A DNA stretch of 64,000 nucleotides from Escherichia phage AV111, in the sequence record OR352941.1. The stretch is one strand, 5' to 3'. Under the pieces are notes generated by a model. That model had not been told where the DNA came from and did no database searches. It worked only from the letters and a program-made list of their open reading frames with translations. Below, in pieces: positions 1-13,158 of this stretch; the stretch's first letter is position 1; each line of letters begins with the position of its first letter. The position numbers and the translations under genes are program-made.

Positions 1-2314
<2,314 letters not shown>

Positions 2315-2344
2315 ATAAAATAAAGCAAATTAAGAGGAATTAAA

Positions 2345-4327
2345 ATGGCACTTCTCTCTCCGGGCGTTGAGCTCAAAGAAACTACCGTACAGAGTACTGT
2401 AGTTAATAACTCCACTGGTACTGCTGCCCTGGCTGGAAAATTCCAATGGGGACCGGCATTCCAGATTAAACAAATCACTGATGAAGTTGCATTAGTTGAT
2501 ATGTTTGGTACTCCTAATACGGATACAGCAGATTATTTCATGTCTGCTATGAACTTCCTTCAATATGGTAACGACCTTCGTGTTGTACGCGCAGTCGATC
2601 GTGATACTGCTAAGAACTCATCTCCTGTAGCAGGTAATATTGAATTCACAATCTCTGCCACTGGTAGTAACTATGCGGTTGGTGATAAAATTATCGTTAA
2701 GTATTTGACCGAAACTGTTGAAGCAGATGGTTATGTCACTTCAGTTGATGTTGATGGTAAAATTCTTAACATTTATATCCCAACTGGTAAAATTATTGCT
2801 AAAGCGAAAGAAATCGGCGAATATCCTGAATTAGGTTCTAACTGGACCGCCGAAGTTGCCAGTTCTTCTTCTGGACTCTCTGGCGTTATTACAATTGGTT
2901 CTATCGTAACCGATTCTGGTATTCTGTTAACTGAAGTTGAAACTTCTGAAGAAGCTATTACTTCTCTAACTTTCCAAGAATCTATTAAAAAATATGGCGT
3001 CCCGGGCGTAGTTGCTCTTTATCCTGGTGAACTTGGCGACCAGCTCGAAATTGAAATCGTATCTAAAGCAGAATATGACAAAGGTGCTTCGGCCCAGTTA
3101 AAAATTTATCCTGACGGTGGCACTCGTGCATCTACTGCTAAAGCAATCTTTGGGTATGGTCCACAGACTGATGACCAATATGCAATTATCGTTCGTCGCA
3201 ACGACGCGGTAGTCCAGAGCGTAGTTCTTTCTACTAAACGTGGTGAACGCGATATTTATGGTAGCAATATCTTCATTGATGATTTCTTTGCTAAAGGCGC
3301 AAGCAATTATATTTTCGCTACGGCACAAGGTTGGCCAAAAGGTTTCTCTGGTGTAATCAAACTGAATGGTGGCTTATCATCTAATGAAACGGTTGAAGCC
3401 GGTGATTTAATGGAAGCTTGGGATTTGTTTGCTGACCGTGAATCGGTTAATGCACAGTTGTTTATTGCTGGTTCTTGTGCTGGTGAATCTTTAGAAGTTG
3501 CTTCTACAGTTCAGAAACATGTTGTAGCAATTGGTGATTCTCGTCAAGATTGCTTGGTTCTTTGCTCACCGCCACGTGCAACTATAGTCGGTATTCCTGT
3601 TAATCGTGCAGTTGATAATCTGGTTGATTGGCGTACAGCGTCAGGAACTTACACTGATAATAACTTTAATATAAGTTCTACTTATGCTGCTATTGATGGT
3701 AACTATAAATATCAATATGACAAATATAACGATGTGAATCGTTGGGTTCCATTAGCTGCTGATATCGCCGGTCTTTGTGCTCGAACAGACAATATTTCTC
3801 AGCCTTGGATGTCTCCAGCCGGTTATAACCGTGGACAAATTCTTAACGTTATTAAGCTTGCAATTGAAACTCGTCAACCACAGCGTGATCGTTTGTATCA
3901 GGAAGCTATTAACCCTGTTACTGGTACCGGTGGTGATGGGTATGTTCTGTACGGTGATAAAACTGCCACTTCTGTTCCTTCACCATTTGACCGTATTAAC
4001 GTTCGTCGTTTGTTCAATATGGTTAAAACGAACATTGGTTCAGCATCCAAATATCGCCTGTTTGAATTGAACAACGCATTTACCCGTTCTTCTTTCCGTA
4101 CAGAGACTTCTCAATATCTACAGGGTATTAAAGCTCTCGGTGGTGTATATAACTTTAAAGTTGTTTGTGATACTACCAATAACACCCCAGCAGTTATCGA
4201 CCGTAATGAATTTGTAGCTACTTTCTACTTACAACCTGCCCGCTCGATAAATTATATTACGTTGAACTTTGTAGCAACAGCAACTGGTGCCGATTTCGAC
4301 GAACTGATTGGTGCTGTAGGTGGTTAA
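2345..4327 (+). CDS. 18: Tail sheath protein gp18
   Basis: 660 aa ORF in T4 position after gene 17, preceded by late promoter TATAAATA at 2310-2317; length matches T4 gp18 (659 aa). Confidence 0.9.
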   Translation: MALLSPGVELKETTVQSTVVNNSTGTAALAGKFQWGPAFQIKQITDEVALVDMFGTPNTDTADYFMSAMNFLQYGNDLRVVRAVDRDTAKNSSPVAGNIEFTISATGSNYAVGDKIIVKYLTETVEADGYVTSVDVDGKILNIYIPTGKIIAKAKEIGEYPELGSNWTAEVASSSSGLSGVITIGSIVTDSGILLTEVETSEEAITSLTFQESIKKYGVPGVVALYPGELGDQLEIEIVSKAEYDKGASAQLKIYPDGGTRASTAKAIFGYGPQTDDQYAIIVRRNDAVVQSVVLSTKRGERDIYGSNIFIDDFFAKGASNYIFATAQGWPKGFSGVIKLNGGLSSNETVEAGDLMEAWDLFADRESVNAQLFIAGSCAGESLEVASTVQKHVVAIGDSRQDCLVLCSPPRATIVGIPVNRAVDNLVDWRTASGTYTDNNFNISSTYAAIDGNYKYQYDKYNDVNRWVPLAADIAGLCARTDNISQPWMSPAGYNRGQILNVIKLAIETRQPQRDRLYQEAINPVTGTGGDGYVLYGDKTATSVPSPFDRINVRRLFNMVKTNIGSASKYRLFELNNAFTRSSFRTETSQYLQGIKALGGVYNFKVVCDTTNNTPAVIDRNEFVATFYLQPARSINYITLNFVATATGADFDELIGAVGG

Positions 4328-4439
4328 TAAGACGCCTGATGGGCTATTTCGGTAGCCCATATAAATATACTATATCGTTTAAAAATTAATTCTATGGGCA
4401 TCAGGTTAATCCTAAGCCCATATTACTACAGAGGCTAAT

Positions 4440-4931
4440 ATGTTTGTAGATGACGTAACTCGTGCCTTCGAATCAGGTGATTTCGCTCGCCCTAACCTGT
4501 TCGAAGTAGAAATCTCTTATCTTGGGCAAAACTTTAGCTTCCAGTGTCGTGCTACGGCTCTTCCTGCTGCGATTGTTGAAAAGGTTCCTGTTTCTTATAT
4601 GAACCGTAAAATTAACGTGGCAGGTGATCGTACATTCGATGATTGGACTATTACAGTAATGAACGATGATGCTCATAGCATTCGTCAGAAATTTGTTGAT
4701 TGGCAAGGTATTGCAGCAGGACAAGGTAATGAAATTACCGGTGGTAAACCTGCTGAATATAAAAAGTCTGCTATCGTTCGTCAATTTGCCCGTGATGCTA
4801 AAACGGTCACTAAAGAAGTTGAAATTGTCGGCTTGTGGCCTACTAACGTTGGCGAAGTATCTCTTGACTGGGACAGCAATAACGAGATTGAAACGTTCGA
4901 AGTAACTCTTGCTCTTGATTGGTGGGAATAA
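4440..4931 (+). CDS. 19: Tail tube protein gp19
   Basis: 163 aa, same length as T4 gp19; synteny; late promoter at 4360-4367. Confidence 0.9.
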   Translation: MFVDDVTRAFESGDFARPNLFEVEISYLGQNFSFQCRATALPAAIVEKVPVSYMNRKINVAGDRTFDDWTITVMNDDAHSIRQKFVDWQGIAAGQGNEITGGKPAEYKKSAIVRQFARDAKTVTKEVEIVGLWPTNVGEVSLDWDSNNEIETFEVTLALDWWE

Positions 4932-5015
4932 TCTGGTTGGGGAGAAATCCCCAGCTTCCCGTGATGACGGAGAAGTCCATATAAATATAACTATAATTCC
5001 CATTCGGAGAATACA

Positions 5016-6587
5016 ATGAAATTTAATATCTTAAGTTTGTTTGCTCCATGGGCAAAAATGGACGAACGTGATTACAAAGACCAAGAAAAAGAAAATTTAG
5101 AATCTATCACCACACCAAAATTAGACGACGGCGCTAAAGAATACGAAGTATCTGAAAATGAAGCACAGCAAACATATAATGCTATGTTTCAGAGAATGTT
5201 CGGTAGTCAAGAACCAGGGCTCAAATCAACCCGTGAATTAATCGATACGTATCGAAATTTGATGACGAACTATGAAGCGGATAATGCAGTCTCTGAAATA
5301 GTTTCTGATGCTATCGTATATGAAGATGATACAGAAGTCGTTTCTATAAATTTAGACAACACAAAATTTAGTCCAAATATAAAATCAATGATGTTGGATG
5401 AATTTAACGAAGTGTTGAATCATTTATCTTTCCAACGTAAAGGTTCAGACCATTTTAGGCGTTGGTATGTAGATTCTCGAATTTTCTTCCATAAAATTAT
5501 TGACCCTAAACGCCCTAAAGAAGGTATTAAAGAGCTTCGTCGTTTAGACCCACGTCAAGTTCAATATGTCCGTGAAGTTATTACAACCACTGAAGCCGGT
5601 GTTAAAATAGTCAAGGGTTATAAAGAATATTTCATTTATGACACATCACACGAATCTTATGCTTGTGATGGCCGCATATATGAAGCTGGCACAAAAATAA
5701 AAATCCCTAAAGCCGCGATTGTTTATGCCCATTCTGGTTTAGTTGATTGTTGTGGTAAAAATATCATCGGTTATTTGCATCGGGCTATTAAGCCAGCGAA
5801 CCAATTAAAACTTCTTGAAGATGCCGTTGTAATTTATCGTATTACTCGTGCTCCCGATCGTCGTGTATGGTACGTTGATACAGGTAATATGCCTTCAAGA
5901 AAAGCAGCAGAACATATGCAACATGTTATGAATACGATGAAAAACCGTATTGCATATGATGCTACTACAGGCAAGATTAAAAACCAGCAGCATATTATGT
6001 CGATGACCGAAGATTATTGGTTACAACGACGTGATGGTAAAGCAGTAACAGAAGTTGATACATTACCGGGTGCAGATAATACCGGAAATATGGAAGATGT
6101 ACGTTGGTTCCGTAATGCGCTTTATATGGCTTTACGTATTCCTATTACCCGTATTCCAAGCGACCAAGGTGGTATACAGTTTGATGCTGGTACTTCTATT
6201 ACACGAGATGAATTGTCATTTGGTAAATTTATTCGTGAGCTGCAACATAAATTTGAAGAGATATTCCTAGACCCGCTTAAAACTAATTTAATTCTTAAAG
6301 GAATTATTACAGAAGATGAGTGGAATGATGAAATAAATAATATTAAGATAAAATTTCATCGGGATAGTTATTTCTCGGAATTAAAGGATGCTGAGATTCT
6401 GGAGCGTCGTATTAATATGCTTCAGATGGCCGAACCATTTATTGGTAAATATATTTCTCACAGAACAGCTATGAAAGATATTCTTCAGATGTCTGACGAG
6501 GAAATTGAACAAGAGGCTAAGCAAATTGAAGAAGAGTCGAAAGAGGCTCGTTTCCAAGACCCCGACCAAGAACAAGAGGATTTTTAA
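5016..6587 (+). CDS. 20: Portal vertex protein gp20
   Basis: 523 aa (T4 gp20 524 aa); synteny; late promoter TATAAATA at 4980-4987. Confidence 0.9.
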   Translation: MKFNILSLFAPWAKMDERDYKDQEKENLESITTPKLDDGAKEYEVSENEAQQTYNAMFQRMFGSQEPGLKSTRELIDTYRNLMTNYEADNAVSEIVSDAIVYEDDTEVVSINLDNTKFSPNIKSMMLDEFNEVLNHLSFQRKGSDHFRRWYVDSRIFFHKIIDPKRPKEGIKELRRLDPRQVQYVREVITTTEAGVKIVKGYKEYFIYDTSHESYACDGRIYEAGTKIKIPKAAIVYAHSGLVDCCGKNIIGYLHRAIKPANQLKLLEDAVVIYRITRAPDRRVWYVDTGNMPSRKAAEHMQHVMNTMKNRIAYDATTGKIKNQQHIMSMTEDYWLQRRDGKAVTEVDTLPGADNTGNMEDVRWFRNALYMALRIPITRIPSDQGGIQFDAGTSITRDELSFGKFIRELQHKFEEIFLDPLKTNLILKGIITEDEWNDEINNIKIKFHRDSYFSELKDAEILERRINMLQMAEPFIGKYISHRTAMKDILQMSDEEIEQEAKQIEEESKEARFQDPDQEQEDF

Positions 6588-6802
6588 TGGACGATTTAAT
6601 TCAAGCTATTAAATCAAACGACCTCGTTGCTACTCGAAAGTTTTTTGAAAGTGCAATGGCAGAAAAAACGGTTCGTTTGATTGAAGCACGCAAAGCAGAA
6701 ATCGCTTCTCAATTTTTGATTGAAGGCGAAGAACCTGAAGAAGAAAAGAAAGCTAAAGCTTCGGAAGACGACGCTGATGAAGATGATGAGGACGATGAAT
6801 AA
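6587..6802 (+). CDS. 67: Prohead core protein gp67
   Basis: 71 aa acidic C-terminus ([11 protein letters not shown]), position between 20 and 68 as in T4. Confidence 0.8.
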   Translation: MDDLIQAIKSNDLVATRKFFESAMAEKTVRLIEARKAEIASQFLIEGEEPEEEKKAKASEDDADEDDEDDE

Positions 6803-7227
6803 TGTATCTTATCCCTGAATCTTATGAATTGGTACTCGAAAATGTCGAAGCACTTATTCCTGAAGCACAGGGCCGAATCGATGCATTGTCTTCTGCTCTC
6901 GATATTGACGATATAAATACTATTATCGAGAACATGCTTGAAACTGAAACGGATTTAGCTGTTGCAATGGCTTCCATTATTAATGAAGAACAGTTAAATG
7001 AGTTTATCGTTAAACATGTTTCTTCTCGTGGTGAAGTCACCCGCACTAAAGACCGTAAAACTCGTGAACGTAACGCGTTCCAAACCACCGGTCTTTCTAA
7101 AGCAAAACGTAGACAAATCGCTCGTAAGGTCGTTAAAGCTAAAAAAGCTAACCCTTCAGGCCAAGTTAAAGGCTTGCGTAAGCGTAAAAAGGCTCTTAAA
7201 CGTCGTAAAGCATTAGGATTAAGCTAA
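6802..7227 (+). CDS. 68: Prohead core protein gp68
   Basis: 141 aa, same size as T4 gp68; basic C-terminal tail; synteny. Confidence 0.8.
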   Translation: MYLIPESYELVLENVEALIPEAQGRIDALSSALDIDDINTIIENMLETETDLAVAMASIINEEQLNEFIVKHVSSRGEVTRTKDRKTRERNAFQTTGLSKAKRRQIARKVVKAKKANPSGQVKGLRKRKKALKRRKALGLS

Positions 7228-7868
7228 TGAATAAACCCGAGTTACTTATTGAAACTTGGGGTCAACCCGGTGAGATTATTGATGGCGTTCCAATGTTGGA
7301 ATCTCATGATGGAAAAGATTCTGGCTTAAAACCAGGGCTTTATATAGAAGGTATTTTTCTTCAGGCAGAGGTTGTTAACCGAAATAAACGTTTATATCCT
7401 AAACGTGTTTTGGAAAAAGCCGTAAGCGACTATATTAAAGAACAAGTCGCAACCAAACAAGCCCTTGGAGAATTAAATCATCCACCTCGTGCAAATGTTG
7501 ACCCTATGCAAGCCGCTATCATTATTGAAGATATGTGGTGGAAAGGAAACGATGTATATGGACGTGCTAGAATTATTGAAGGTGACCATGGTCCCGGCGA
7601 TAAATTAGCTGCTAATATACGAGCTGGTTGGATTCCAGGTGTTTCCTCTCGTGGTCTTGGTTCTTTAACCGACACCAATAAAGGGTACCGTATCGTGAAC
7701 GAAGGATTTAAATTAACCGTCGGCGTAGATGCCGTATGGGGACCTTCTGCTCCAGATGCTTGGGTTACTCCTAAACAAATATCAGAATCAGAAAATTCGG
7801 TGGAAACCACCAAAAACAGTGCTGATGAAGCATTTAAAGCTCTCGCAGAGAGTTTAAAAGCATTATAA
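7227..7868 (+). CDS. 21: Prohead core scaffold protease gp21
   Basis: 213 aa (T4 212 aa); synteny between 68 and 22. Confidence 0.88.
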   Translation: MNKPELLIETWGQPGEIIDGVPMLESHDGKDSGLKPGLYIEGIFLQAEVVNRNKRLYPKRVLEKAVSDYIKEQVATKQALGELNHPPRANVDPMQAAIIIEDMWWKGNDVYGRARIIEGDHGPGDKLAANIRAGWIPGVSSRGLGSLTDTNKGYRIVNEGFKLTVGVDAVWGPSAPDAWVTPKQISESENSVETTKNSADEAFKALAESLKAL

Positions 7869-7901
7869 ATAATAATGTAATCTAAACCACAGGACACTAA
7901 A

Positions 7902-8714
7902 ATGATCAAAGAACAACTTTTGAAAGAAGCTCAGAACATCGAGACTTCAGTTGCTCTTAATAGTGTTTTCGAATCAGTAGAACTGTCTCCGGACGTTAAA
8001 GCTAATTTCAGCACTGTATTCGAAGCCACCGTTAAGCAGGAAGCAGTCAAACTGGCTGAATCTCATATCAAAGCCATCGCCGAAAAGGCCGAAGAAGAAG
8101 TTGAAAAGGCTAAAGAAGATGCTGAAGAGAAAGCTGATAAAAAATTGGCTGAACAAGCTTCTAAATTCCTAGACCATCTTGCAAAAGAATGGCTCGCAGA
8201 AAACCAAATCGCAGTTGATAAAGGCATTAAAGCTGATTTGTTCGAATCCATGCTTGGTGGTCTGAAAGAACTGTTTGTTGAACATAACGTTGTTGTTCCA
8301 GAAGAATCTGTAGATGTTGTAGCAGAAATGGAAGAAGAGCTGGCCGAACATAAAGAAGAAACCGCTCGTTTGTTCGAAGAAGTTGCCAAACGTGATGCAT
8401 ATATCAATTACGTTCAGCGTGAAACCGCTATTAATGAAAGCGTAAAAGACCTGACTGAATCTCAGAAAGAAAAAGTTATTGGCCTGGTTGAAGGTATGGA
8501 TTATTCTGACGCATTTGGTACTAAGTTAACTGCTATTGTAGAAATGGTTAAAGGTTCTACTAAAGAAGAAGCCGCTATTACCGAAAGTATAAATACAGTT
8601 GACAATGACGCTGCCGGTCTTAATTTTGTTGCCGAAGCAGTTGACACTACCACAACTCAGGTAGAACAGAATTCTAATGTAAGTTTATATGCGAAAGTCG
8701 CATCTCGTTTCTAA
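7902..8714 (+). CDS. 22: Prohead scaffold protein gp22
   Basis: 270 aa highly acidic coiled-coil-like protein (EEEVEKAKEDAEEKADKK); T4 gp22 269 aa; late promoter at 7864-7871. Confidence 0.88.
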   Translation: MIKEQLLKEAQNIETSVALNSVFESVELSPDVKANFSTVFEATVKQEAVKLAESHIKAIAEKAEEEVEKAKEDAEEKADKKLAEQASKFLDHLAKEWLAENQIAVDKGIKADLFESMLGGLKELFVEHNVVVPEESVDVVAEMEEELAEHKEETARLFEEVAKRDAYINYVQRETAINESVKDLTESQKEKVIGLVEGMDYSDAFGTKLTAIVEMVKGSTKEEAAITESINTVDNDAAGLNFVAEAVDTTTTQVEQNSNVSLYAKVASRF

Positions 8715-8731
8715 TTTAAAGGTTAACACAA

Positions 8732-10300
8732 ATGACTACTATCAAAACTAAAGCTCAGCTCGTAGACAAATGGAAAGAACTGCTGGAAGGTGAAGGCCTG
8801 CCGGAAATCGCTAATAGCAAGCAGGCTATTATCGCTAAAATCTTCGAAAACCAGGAAAAAGATTTCGAAGTATCCCCTGAATATAAAGACGAGAAAATCG
8901 CTCAGGCATTTGGTTCTTTCTTGACCGAAGCTGAAATTGGTGGTGACCATGGTTATAATGCTCAGAACATCGCAGCAGGTCAAACCTCTGGTGCAGTAAC
9001 CCAAATTGGGCCGGCAGTTATGGGTATGGTTCGTCGTGCTATTCCTAATCTGATCGCTTTTGATATTTGTGGTGTTCAGCCTATGAACAGCCCGACCGGT
9101 CAGGTATTTGCTCTCCGTGCAGTATATGGTAAAGACCCTATCGCTGCTGGCGCTAAAGAAGCTTTCCATCCGATGTATGCCCCAGACGCGATGTTCTCTG
9201 GTCAGGGTGCTGCTAAGAAATTCCCAGCTCTGGCTGCTAGCACACAAACCACTGTAGGTGATATCTATACTCACTTCTTCCAGGAAACTGGTACTGTATA
9301 TCTGCAAGCTTCTGTTCAAGTAACAATCGATGCTGGTGCAACTGATGCAGCTAAATTAGATGCAGAAGTTAAGAAACAAATGGAAGCTGGTGCACTGGTA
9401 GAAATCGCTGAAGGTATGGCTACTTCTATCGCTGAACTCCAGGAAGGTTTCAACGGTTCTACCGATAACCCATGGAATGAAATGGGCTTCCGTATCGATA
9501 AACAAGTTATCGAAGCTAAATCTCGCCAGCTGAAAGCTGCTTACTCTATCGAATTAGCACAAGACCTCCGTGCAGTACACGGTATGGATGCTGATGCTGA
9601 ATTGAGCGGTATTCTGGCTACAGAAATTATGCTAGAAATCAACCGTGAAGTTGTTGATTGGATTAACTACTCTGCACAGGTTGGTAAATCTGGTATGACC
9701 CTGACTCCGGGTTCTAAAGCTGGTGTATTTGACTTCCAGGACCCGATTGATATCCGTGGTGCTCGTTGGGCCGGTGAAAGCTTTAAATCTCTGTTGTTCC
9801 AGATTGATAAAGAAGCAGTTGAAATTGCTCGTCAAACCGGTCGTGGTGAAGGTAACTTCATTATCGCTTCCCGTAACGTAGTTAACGTACTGGCTTCAGT
9901 TGATACTGGTATTTCTTACGCTGCACAGGGTCTGGCTTCTGGTTTTAATACCGACACTACTAAGTCTGTATTTGCCGGTGTACTTGGTGGTAAATACCGC
10001 GTATACATCGACCAGTATGCTAAACAGGATTACTTCACCGTTGGTTACAAAGGCGCTAACGAAATGGATGCAGGTATTTACTATGCTCCTTACGTTGCAC
10101 TTACCCCACTGCGTGGTTCCGATCCTAAGAACTTCCAGCCGGTAATGGGCTTTAAAACTCGTTACGGTATCGGTGTTAACCCGTTTGCTGAAAGTTCCCT
10201 GCAGGCTCCAGGTGCTCGCATCCAGTCCGGTATGCCGTCTATCCTGAACAGCCTTGGTAAGAACGCTTACTTTAGACGTGTGTATGTCAAAGGCATCTAA
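8732..10300 (+). CDS. 23: Major capsid protein gp23
   Basis: 522 aa (T4 521 aa); paralogous to downstream gp24; followed by hairpin terminator at 10325-10342. Confidence 0.95.
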   Translation: MTTIKTKAQLVDKWKELLEGEGLPEIANSKQAIIAKIFENQEKDFEVSPEYKDEKIAQAFGSFLTEAEIGGDHGYNAQNIAAGQTSGAVTQIGPAVMGMVRRAIPNLIAFDICGVQPMNSPTGQVFALRAVYGKDPIAAGAKEAFHPMYAPDAMFSGQGAAKKFPALAASTQTTVGDIYTHFFQETGTVYLQASVQVTIDAGATDAAKLDAEVKKQMEAGALVEIAEGMATSIAELQEGFNGSTDNPWNEMGFRIDKQVIEAKSRQLKAAYSIELAQDLRAVHGMDADAELSGILATEIMLEINREVVDWINYSAQVGKSGMTLTPGSKAGVFDFQDPIDIRGARWAGESFKSLLFQIDKEAVEIARQTGRGEGNFIIASRNVVNVLASVDTGISYAAQGLASGFNTDTTKSVFAGVLGGKYRVYIDQYAKQDYFTVGYKGANEMDAGIYYAPYVALTPLRGSDPKNFQPVMGFKTRYGIGVNPFAESSLQAPGARIQSGMPSILNSLGKNAYFRRVYVKGI

Positions 10301-10324
10301 TCTTAATTGATTAAATCTTATTTT

Positions 10325-10342
10325 GGGAGACTTCGGTCTCCC
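10325..10342 (+). terminator. Stem-loop gggagaCUUCGgtctccc followed by T-run; terminator after gene 23
   Basis: Perfect 7-bp GC-rich stem with UUCG-type loop, then atttttgg on plus strand. Confidence 0.7.
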
Positions 10343-10352
10343 ATTTTTGGTT

Positions 10353-10622
10353 TTATTTCTGTGCAATTTCGATGTAAGTTTTCAAAATATTTTGCCAATT
10401 AGGCATACCTTCTTGGACATATGCTGGAGAACCGTCTTTGTTTTTGAATGATGCAAGTTTATCAGTAGCCCAATAGCCTTTAGCTCGAGCTTCAGAATCA
10501 ACTTTCATCCATACTTTGTTGAAGGCATTACCATTAACTTTTGCACCATATTTTTCTACTAACTTAACTGCTTCAGCTTCCAGAACTTTTAAAGTATCTC
10601 TTAAGAAACGTGCTTTAGTCAT
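10353..10622 (-). CDS. Hypothetical 89-aa protein, antisense to the late capsid operon
   Basis: ORF MTKARFLRDTLKVLEAEAVK...; T4-early-type promoter directly upstream at 10653-10682; no family recognised. Confidence 0.6.
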   Translation of the reverse strand: MTKARFLRDTLKVLEAEAVKLVEKYGAKVNGNAFNKVWMKVDSEARAKGYWATDKLASFKNKDGSPAYVQEGMPNWQNILKTYIEIAQK

Positions 10623-10652
10623 TTTGTTTACTCCTCTGTAGTTGATAAGTTT

Positions 10653-10682
10653 ATAGTATCACGTACCAAATACGTTGTAAAC
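10653..10682 (-). promoter_or_regulatory. T4-early-type sigma70 promoter (GTTTAC -35, TACTAT -10) for the 89-aa ORF
   Basis: Minus-sense reads GTTTAC-N17/18-gTGATACTAT; same architecture recurs upstream of many minus-strand early genes in this window. Confidence 0.6.
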
Positions 10683-10688
10683 AATCTT

Positions 10689-10696
10689 TATAAATA
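10689..10696 (+). promoter_or_regulatory. T4 late promoter TATAAATA upstream of gene 24
   Basis: Exact TATAAATA 28 nt before the gene 24 start codon. Confidence 0.75.
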
Positions 10697-10723
10697 ATCT
10701 ATATCACATAAGGAAAAAATGCA

Positions 10724-12007
10724 ATGAGTAAAATCCAAAAATTATTGCGTGAATCTACAACGTCTACTAGCAACTCAATTGGTCGCCCAAATCTCGTTGC
10801 TTTGACTCGCGCTACGACTAAATTAATATATTCTGACATTGTAGCAACACAAAGAACTAATCAACCTGTTGCTGCTTTTTATGGTATCAAATATCTTAAC
10901 CCAGATAACGAATTCACATTTAAAACTGGTGCTACTTATGCAGGCGAAGTTGGATATGTAGACCGAGAAAAAATTACCGAACTCACAGAAGAATCAAAAG
11001 TCACACTAAATAAAGGTGATTTTTTCAAATATAATAATATCGTCTATAAGGTGTTAGAAGATACACCGTTTGCAGATATTCAGGAAAGTGATCTAGAATT
11101 AGCTCTTCAGATTGCGGTCGTTCATTTAAAGGTACGGTTATTTTCGGATGCAGCGGTAACAAGCAAATTTGAAAGCTCTGGTAGCGAAATTTCTGATGCA
11201 AGATTCCAGATTAATAAATGGCAAACTTCAGTCAAATCTCGTAAACTTAAAACCGGCCTCACGGTTGAATTAGCGCAAGATTTAGAAGCGAATGGATTTG
11301 ATGCCCCTAACTTCTTAGAAGATTTGCTTGCTACTGAAATGGCTGATGAAATTAATAAAGATATTCTTCAGTCTTTAATTACTGTATCAAAACGTTATAA
11401 AGTTACTGGAATTACTGACACCGGATTTATTGACTTGAGCTATGCGTCTGCTCCAGAAGCAGGTCGTTCATTATATCGAATGGTGTGTGAAATGGTATCA
11501 CACATTCAAAAAGAGTCAACTTATACTGCAACGTTTTGCGTAGCTTCAGCTCGTGCAGCTGCTATTCTTGCTGCTTCTGGTTGGTTAAAACATAAGCCGG
11601 AAGATGATAAGTATCTTTCACAAAATGCTTATGGATTCTTGGCAAATGGATTACCTCTTTACTGCGATACCAACAATCCGTTAGATTATGTTATTGTGGG
11701 TGTTGTAGAAAATATCGGCGAAAAAGAGATTGTAGGGTCTATCTTTTATGCTCCATACACTGAAGGAGTAAATTTAGATGACCCGGAACATGTTGGTGCA
11801 TTTAAAGTTGTAGTTGATCCAGAAAGCTTGCAACCGTCTATCGGATTATTGGTTAGATATGCTTTATCAGCAAATCCTTACACAGTAGCAAAAGACGAAA
11901 AAGAAGCGAGAATAATTGATGGCGGGGACATGGATAAAATGGCGGGACGTTCAGACTTGTCTGTTTTATTAGGTGTTAAATTGCCTAAAATTATTATAGA
12001 TGAATAA
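10724..12007 (+). CDS. 24: Capsid vertex protein gp24
   Basis: 427 aa (same as T4 gp24), gp23 paralogue. Confidence 0.92.
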   Translation: MSKIQKLLRESTTSTSNSIGRPNLVALTRATTKLIYSDIVATQRTNQPVAAFYGIKYLNPDNEFTFKTGATYAGEVGYVDREKITELTEESKVTLNKGDFFKYNNIVYKVLEDTPFADIQESDLELALQIAVVHLKVRLFSDAAVTSKFESSGSEISDARFQINKWQTSVKSRKLKTGLTVELAQDLEANGFDAPNFLEDLLATEMADEINKDILQSLITVSKRYKVTGITDTGFIDLSYASAPEAGRSLYRMVCEMVSHIQKESTYTATFCVASARAAAILAASGWLKHKPEDDKYLSQNAYGFLANGLPLYCDTNNPLDYVIVGVVENIGEKEIVGSIFYAPYTEGVNLDDPEHVGAFKVVVDPESLQPSIGLLVRYALSANPYTVAKDEKEARIIDGGDMDKMAGRSDLSVLLGVKLPKIIIDE

Positions 12008-12015
12008 ACGAAAAA

Positions 12016-12031
12016 GGGACCTTACGGTCCC
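12016..12031. terminator. Bidirectional hairpin terminator between gene 24 and rnlB
   Basis: gggaccttacggtccc flanked by A-run upstream and T7 run downstream, so U-runs on both strands. Confidence 0.75.
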
Positions 12032-12039
12032 TTTTTTTG

Positions 12040-13039
12040 TTATGATACTAATTCAATCCATGCAGGACGCAGAACATCTTGCACCATTCGGACTAATTCT
12101 TTCTTAACAAGATTCGGATTATCAGATGATGTTAATACAATACCTTCACGAGAAGTTTCTTCCAGAATATCTTGAACAGTCAATCCCATCACTTTGCCAA
12201 AATCTTTTGGCGTTACAGTCCCAATCTTAGAAATAACATTATTAACACGGTTTAATGTAACATAACAAGCTAGGACATCAAGCAAGTTTTTGTCAATTTC
12301 GGTTAATGGAACCTGAGTTTTTAATAGGCTTATCAGACTTTTTCTTTTCACTGAATTTAGAGTTCTTACACTTAATAGCTACACGAGTACCGTTTGGCAG
12401 CCATTTAGGGAAACAAGGCTTCAGAACATAACCTTCTGCCGTATTATCGCCAATAACATTAGCATCAAATACACAATTATTTGCTTCTACAAGGTCTTCT
12501 GACGCAGTAGCATTATAAGCGGCTAAAACGGAATCAAGGTCATTTGGAATCGTGATAAGAGCATCAAATGTGCCACGTCCAAGCACTGGTGCCATTTTAA
12601 AACCGAATTCATTACAGAAATCTTGCATTTCGTAATCGGTCAAATACGTATTATCACCACTTTCTGTATTGATAAGGATATCGAACACATAAAAATCTTT
12701 TTCACCGTAGTCAACACCTTTCTGGATTCCACCACCAGCGAATTCACCAAAGACCTGATATGATACAGCTCGAGAACTACCCATTACTTCTTGAACGTTT
12801 TTAATAGCCTTATCATACTTCTTGAGTACAATTTCATAACCATAAAAATCTTCTGCTGGAAGAATAGGGCCTGTGCGCTTGGCGCATGTGACGTTGTCAC
12901 GTTCAATTATTAACGAGAAGTTAGTCCCATGGATTTTCTCACGTGCTACCCAAACACCAGTAGTCAAACCATTAGTGTAGAGTTTTTCAATAAACTTAGA
13001 GTTGTAGTGGTTTTCAAGACTGCTGTATTTCTTAAACAT
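12040..13039 (-). pseudogene. rnlB: RNA ligase 2 (rnlB) interrupted by a +1 frameshift; two ORFs of 248 aa (12293-13039) and 103 aa (12040-12351)
   Basis: N-part [16 protein letters not shown]...[10 protein letters not shown] (ligase KxHG motif) and C-part ...LACYVTLNRVNNVISKIG...RPAWIELVS each match remembered T4 Rnl2 (334 aa); the frames meet at an A5 run (T5 on plus strand, 12318-12322). Confidence 0.8.
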
Positions 13040-13158
13040 AAATCACCATTATAAATAATAATATCAAAATAATTAGCAGAGACTCTGTCTCTGACCAGAT
13101 GTTTAATTTGAATGGATAGAACCTAGATTCATTATACCATCAAAAAATGTAAAGCATA

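Noticed and set aside
8723-9319. 198-aa minus-strand ORF inside gene 23 (and similar antisense ORFs inside genes 17, 18, 19, 22, 29, 34, 37, alt, 32, rnh)
   Set aside because: Fully embedded antisense within highly conserved structural or replication genes; no promoter or RBS signals; typical frame artifacts of AT-rich phage DNA.
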